This document shows positions 59,277 through 64,000 of a stretch of 64,000 nt of DNA, piece by piece. Location of the stretch: positions 6,572,001-6,636,000 of the forward strand of contig CM102286.1 in NCBI GenBank assembly GCA_046563655.1, given 5' to 3'. The notes beneath the pieces are model-generated. The model had not been told where the DNA came from and ran no database searches. It saw only the letters and a list, made by a program, of their open reading frames with translations. Position 1 is the stretch's first letter, and each line of letters starts with the position of its first letter. The translations under genes were made by a program, and so were the position numbers. This DNA comes from Yuukianura sp. NJ FZ-2021 (taxonomy: Eukaryota).

Positions 59277-62200
59277 GTGAATCAGTTGTGAATGTGATTC
59301 CACAGAGATGCGAAGTGTTTTCTTAACAACCTACGCACTTTTCCAATTCTATTTGCTTTTTTTAGATGAATTTGCTAATGAATTTTAAAAGTGCTGATTT
59401 GCAACGAATTGCAAATACATAACCACAGTCGAATATTGAGACTTAAAACTCTTAAGTTTCAAGGTTATTGACAAACATCTGTATTTGGATATAAAACTTA
59501 GTTAGTAAAACGAACAATTGCGACTTTAATTTAACATTTGGACGTTAGATTGAAATTGAATTCTGATTTTAGAACATTACACAGCAACGGGTTTATGTTA
59601 AGTATTTCTGTGTTAGACGGTACAAAAATAATATAACTCCTATACTGCTTTGCGTTTGACCAAAATGATTCAAAATGGTTTGACCAATCTGACAACGCTG
59701 ACAGCAGCTTTTCCTATCTTAAGTGCTCGATTGTTGATTTCACTCAAATTAATGGGAAAGCTGTACTAGATAAGTTTGTATGCCTATATTGACCATATGC
59801 ATGAAGATCAATCAAACCGGGAAAATACTCAGTCAATCGGGAAGATGAGTTGTCATATGTACATGCCACTCTCTAGTTTAATTTTGACTGAACTCTCTTC
59901 GCTTTCTCCACGAAAAATACATAGGACAGCATTACAAATGAGGAACTGATGGATGGCTGGGGTTTGGTAACTTCATATCACTTTCACATCCAGTCATTTC
60001 CTGAGAACCTTTTACTAAAACCTTTTAGACAATATGACCCCATGGGTCACAGCCTCTTCAGTAGAATTTGTCTTAATAAATGGGGGCAACTTCAGTATTC
60101 AATACACACTCTCTTGTGGGTCACATCCTACGGAAACCCTCTGTGGATCAAAGTATTCTTTTCTACAGAATTTCAGTTAGAAAAGACATTGGCTGAGAAA
60201 AATCATCTTAGCCCTCCTCCGATATATCACGCTCAACGTTAGGAGAGAGGACTTTGTGCCATCCCGAAGCGACTTCAGTGCAATAGTTGCCTCATCTCAG
60301 CTTCAACGCTCCGAGACACACGCTAACGCTATAAGGCAGAAGGAGTAGGAGATGACAATTTTTTCTTGTCCGCCAAAATTTATTTCATGTGGCCACATCT
60401 GCTTGGTCCTCCTTAAAGCCAATTGCAAAACTTTTGGCAGCTGGAAGTTCTTTTGCTTTTAATGAGTCATCATGTTCCCTCAAAAATTAATTTCAAATTC
60501 AGTCTTCCTCAAAAGGAAAGTGGGGAAGTAGGACTAATCGCTCGTCACGACTCTTGGGAAAGTTAGCACTAACTAATGGATGGAGGTGTGAAAATCGATG
60601 GTAGATTTTTAAACCACACTGTGTAGAGTAGCGGGTGTTGCTAAACGTGTTTTGTCTCTGTTATCATCCTAGTAAAAGTGTTTTCACTTTGCAAACCCTT
60701 CTTAATTTGGCGCCACACGATGATTGATGTTAAATAGACAATATCAAAGTACGTTTTTGTGTCATTTGGATTATTTAAGCTAAATGGAAAATCGATTGGT
60801 TTTCAAAGTGTAATCAGATTACTTCACACTAGGATTGTTTTTTTCGTTCGTAAACTTGCGAATGTTAGGCTAATCAGTATTGGTTTCATACACAACCCAT
60901 AAATTTTATTTTGAAATCTTACTCACGTAAACTTTTCTTTGCTTCTTTCACGTAAAGTTGAGAGTTTAAGTTTTTTGCTCTGAAAGTTTTTCAAATCTTT
61001 TTTTTCTTGAGTGAAACGTTTTGTTCAATAAACCGCAGTCTTCTCTTCTAACAAAAATCAATGGTTTCGGTAGCTTCCGGAAAACTTTTTAAATTTCTTA
61101 TTCTCCAAGCATTACTGGAAAAGTGTAGCGAAAGGCTCTGTTCGTTGTCAGAGATATTTTTGATGTGACTGCGGCATTTGGATTCTCCGTTGAATAAATG
61201 GCGGGAGCCCTCCGGAGAGGATTTCATCTTTTCCATGTCCACATTAACCCAAGGATTAAATTGAAAGGGTTCCCCTGTTCTGCGGAACCAGAAAAAGCAC
61301 ACAGTCTAATTTATATTCTGGAGGTGTCCACATCCTTTCATAATCCAAACCCCATCTCATCATTCCCACAAATCCCCCAAGATCCACCCGCCTTTTACGT
61401 TTTTACACTCTCGCATCCAATTCCATTCGTACTAATTTCCAAAATGCGTTAATGAAACTGCGGCTGGAAAGGAAGTCAATGTGGGCATTTACTTTCCTTG
61501 AACTTCCAGTTCCTGACTTTTTGCAATTCACTTACGACAGAGTGCTTAAATCAGGTTAGGCTAGGCTTAAGTTAGTCGCGTGGGGGCAGATGCGTTTTGA
61601 GGAAATCAATAATTAAGGAGGTGAATTGAAAGGAGTCTTTGGGAGTTGAGCTGACACTGGGGTATTTGTACGGAGGATTTGGAAAACGCGGGTTTTGATC
61701 TTGTGGCTTCGCCAGCATCGTCAGTATTCAATACTTAAGTCAGGGAAGTCAAACCACTAGTTTTCGATCTGGTTAGGAAAAACTTCTTAAGAATACTTTA
61801 TAAACCAACATAGTCTTTCCCTCCGACCTATTAGCTTCTATAGTAGTAGAAGAGTAAGGAAAGTCTTTAGTTTCTGACGTTGCTGGAAAGTTCTTAATTC
61901 GGGTCACTGGAGAGTTTCCTCGTTTTCTTTTATTTCACTTTGTACTCAAACGCAGCACCACTTCTCCTTTTCTCCTTTTTCAGTTTTTTCTTCCGCTGCA
62001 GGAGTTTTTGCAGGAACATCTCTGATGTTCTGGAAAAACACGGCTGCTGTGAGTTCATTTTGTAAATGGTTGGAACAATTTAATTATTTCCAAATTTTAA
62101 TTTTTCTTCCAGCCATGGAGAGATCTCTCTGACAGTTTAAATTATCTTAGTTCTTCTTGCGAGTGCATTTGCAAGTCGAGTTAAAGTAAATGAATTTTTC

Positions 62201-62578
62201 TCATTACTTCAACTAGATTGAAATAATGAAGATGAAACTAGTTTTGATGAAGAGGGTTACGAGTCGACATAATTCAGTGTAGAGGCGTGTAGAACCTTTA
62301 ACAAAAGTCCTCAGGGAACTTCTGTAGGCCCTTAATTGTTGTTATTATGTTATTATCTAATCAACGGAACTCACAAATCATTTGAAATTGAAAAAAAAAA
62401 CAATAGGTAGTTATTATATCCTGGATACATTTGCATCGTTTATTGTATTTCGGTTCTTCGAAGCTGAGTTTGTTTGTAGATGTCGTCAAATAACTAGAAA
62501 TCAATACTTATTGCAGAAAATCTATTGTACAAAAACGCGATAACTCGAGGCTATTTCTTGTCTAGAAATTTTCAATAT

Positions 62579-63152
62579 TGTTACGGGGCGTCGTACTCTA
62601 GGCGCCCAAGGTGCCTATACAACGTCCTGTAAGGGTCCTAACTCCTCTCCACTCAGGAGAGAACCAGAAAAACAATGCTCCAACAATTGCGCCCTAGCTA
62701 AATCAACGCCCTGCGCCCACTAAAGGCCAGGACAATCAGCAACGCAACAGAAGAGCAATGACCTCAAGGGTCAATGAAATGGTATTGTCAGTGGTTTATT
62801 GAAAATAAAGTCTACCCACTGAGGGCATTGAAGGTAGCTCACTCAGAACCAGCAGACAATAGAATGAAGACTAAGATCTAGATACAGCAATGCAACCTCT
62901 ATTTATAGGGGTTCTGGAGGAGTCAGGATTCGCAGAATCCTACTCCTGTGCAAAAACACAAAGAGGAATGAACTCTAAAACAACACAGAAACTAGACTAG
63001 AGTAATGAACTCTAACAAATGACAGACAGAAATAACCAGATAGTTGAACTCTAACAACTAACAGACAGAAGTAACTAGGGTAGTTGACCTCTAACAACTA
63101 ACAGGACAGAAATAGTGAATGTAAATGAAGTGCAGAAATACGTCTCGTAACA
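62579..63152 (-). mobile_element. Long terminal repeat (574 bp), probably the 3' LTR of a minus-strand LTR retrotransposon
   Basis: TGTTACG...CGTAACA inverted termini (TG..CA); on the minus strand TATAAATA (62907-62900) precedes AATAAA (62800-62795); purine-rich AACGGGGAAT abuts the right end on the minus strand; flanks show no TSD, so not a solo LTR. Confidence 0.75.
62969..63116. repeat. ~38-40-bp tandem repeat, 4 copies, in the LTR U3 region
   Basis: TGAACTCTAACAACTAACAGACAGAA core repeated at ~62969, 63006, 63045 and 63085. Confidence 0.8.
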
Positions 63153-64000
63153 ATTCCCCGTTGTGAAACAGAAGCGTGTCCTCACGTCTTCGTCCAATCC
63201 ACCAGGGCCCAATTTTTCTGCTGTCCACAGTTCGATGACTTGATGTGCTGCGAAGTCTTGACGTTGGTCGACCTCTTCTGACCTCTACTTCTTGGTGACT
63301 TGGCAATAGACATCATCGTAGTCCTCGTCGCAGTGGCCTCCTAATCGTTGTCACCCGTTTCCTTTTTTCCAGTCCACGTATCTCTCACGTCGGATGGTAG
63401 GGCGCAATCACGATCAGCCACTGTCGTCTCATCAGCTTAAAGTCGTTTCCTCGTCATCTCACGGTAGCATCCTCCCGACATCTCAAAATGGTTGACCCCG
63501 GTCATCTTTCCAAGCTCAATGTGGTCCTCCCATTTTCCCATGAAATTGTCATCTCGATGTAGCGTAGTTTGACTTGGACACAAAACTCGTCTGCTAAGGG
63601 CGTCATTTTTGTCTTGGCGTAGTTTTCGTCTCGGGCGTAGTTTTGGTCTCGGGCGTAAATTCCGTCGTCTTCATCAAATCCACACAAGTTCTGTATGCGC
63701 CCTGTAACTTAAAACAGTCACAATTAACACAAAGTTTACAGAACAAGTTCTGATTTGACCTAGGGTCACTCAGACAATCTTCGAAAGAACTAAAATTAAC
63801 AAATACATTAGACTTACTCTAATGTAAGACAAACTTACAACTACAACCAAAGGTTAATGAACCTAGTCGGCTTCTTTCGAATCCGTCTGAATCTCCTCAA
63901 TAGAAACACAGAGTAAACTACAAAAGATTCTTCGTGGTCGAACGAATCGGCACATGAAGTTTCGTGTACCAAACCCGATATAAGTGCCAAATTGAATTTA
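63153..64000 (-). mobile_element. Probable 3' internal region of the LTR element (truncated by window edge)
   Basis: Contiguous with the LTR via a PPT-like tract; includes an 18-bp triplicated repeat at ~63616-63658; no gag/pol/env motif recognised. Confidence 0.45.

Noticed and set aside
62002..62048. Candidate small plus-strand exon (CAG...GTGAGT) for the 47199 gene
   Set aside because: Splice signals are plausible, but the peptide (VFAGTSLMFWKNTAA) resembles no domain I recognise; unsupported without transcripts.

Overview
AT-rich eukaryotic genomic DNA with GT-AG introns; arthropod, probably a springtail-like hexapod (inferred from the receptor type, not verified). A 13-exon Sidestep-family immunoglobulin gene spans 4104-35288 on the minus strand. 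My model of it has consistent splice phases throughout and gives 2823 nt / 940 aa: signal peptide, 5 Ig, FN3, TM and a C-terminal ESCV PDZ-type motif. About 1.1 kb upstream on the same strand is an intronless ~862-aa divergent ionotropic-receptor (iGluR/IR-like) ORF. A plus-strand signal-peptide exon at 47199-47289 suggests a second, divergently transcribed cell-surface or secreted protein gene continuing beyond the window. The non-coding DNA holds several non-autonomous transposons: two foldback elements with ~9-bp TSDs that share a 14-bp left terminus but have unrelated repeat arms, a DINE-1/Helentron-like element carrying GC-rich minisatellites, a Harbinger derivative with a BESS-like ORF remnant, two small MITEs, and an LTR with adjoining internal sequence at the right edge. 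No rRNA, tRNA or CRISPR features were seen, and most short ORFs in the track look spurious. I found nothing I can firmly call a new biological system; the best candidates are the modular foldback family, the splice-donor/G4 array inside the host intron, and the Cys-rich divergent IR between two divergent genes.
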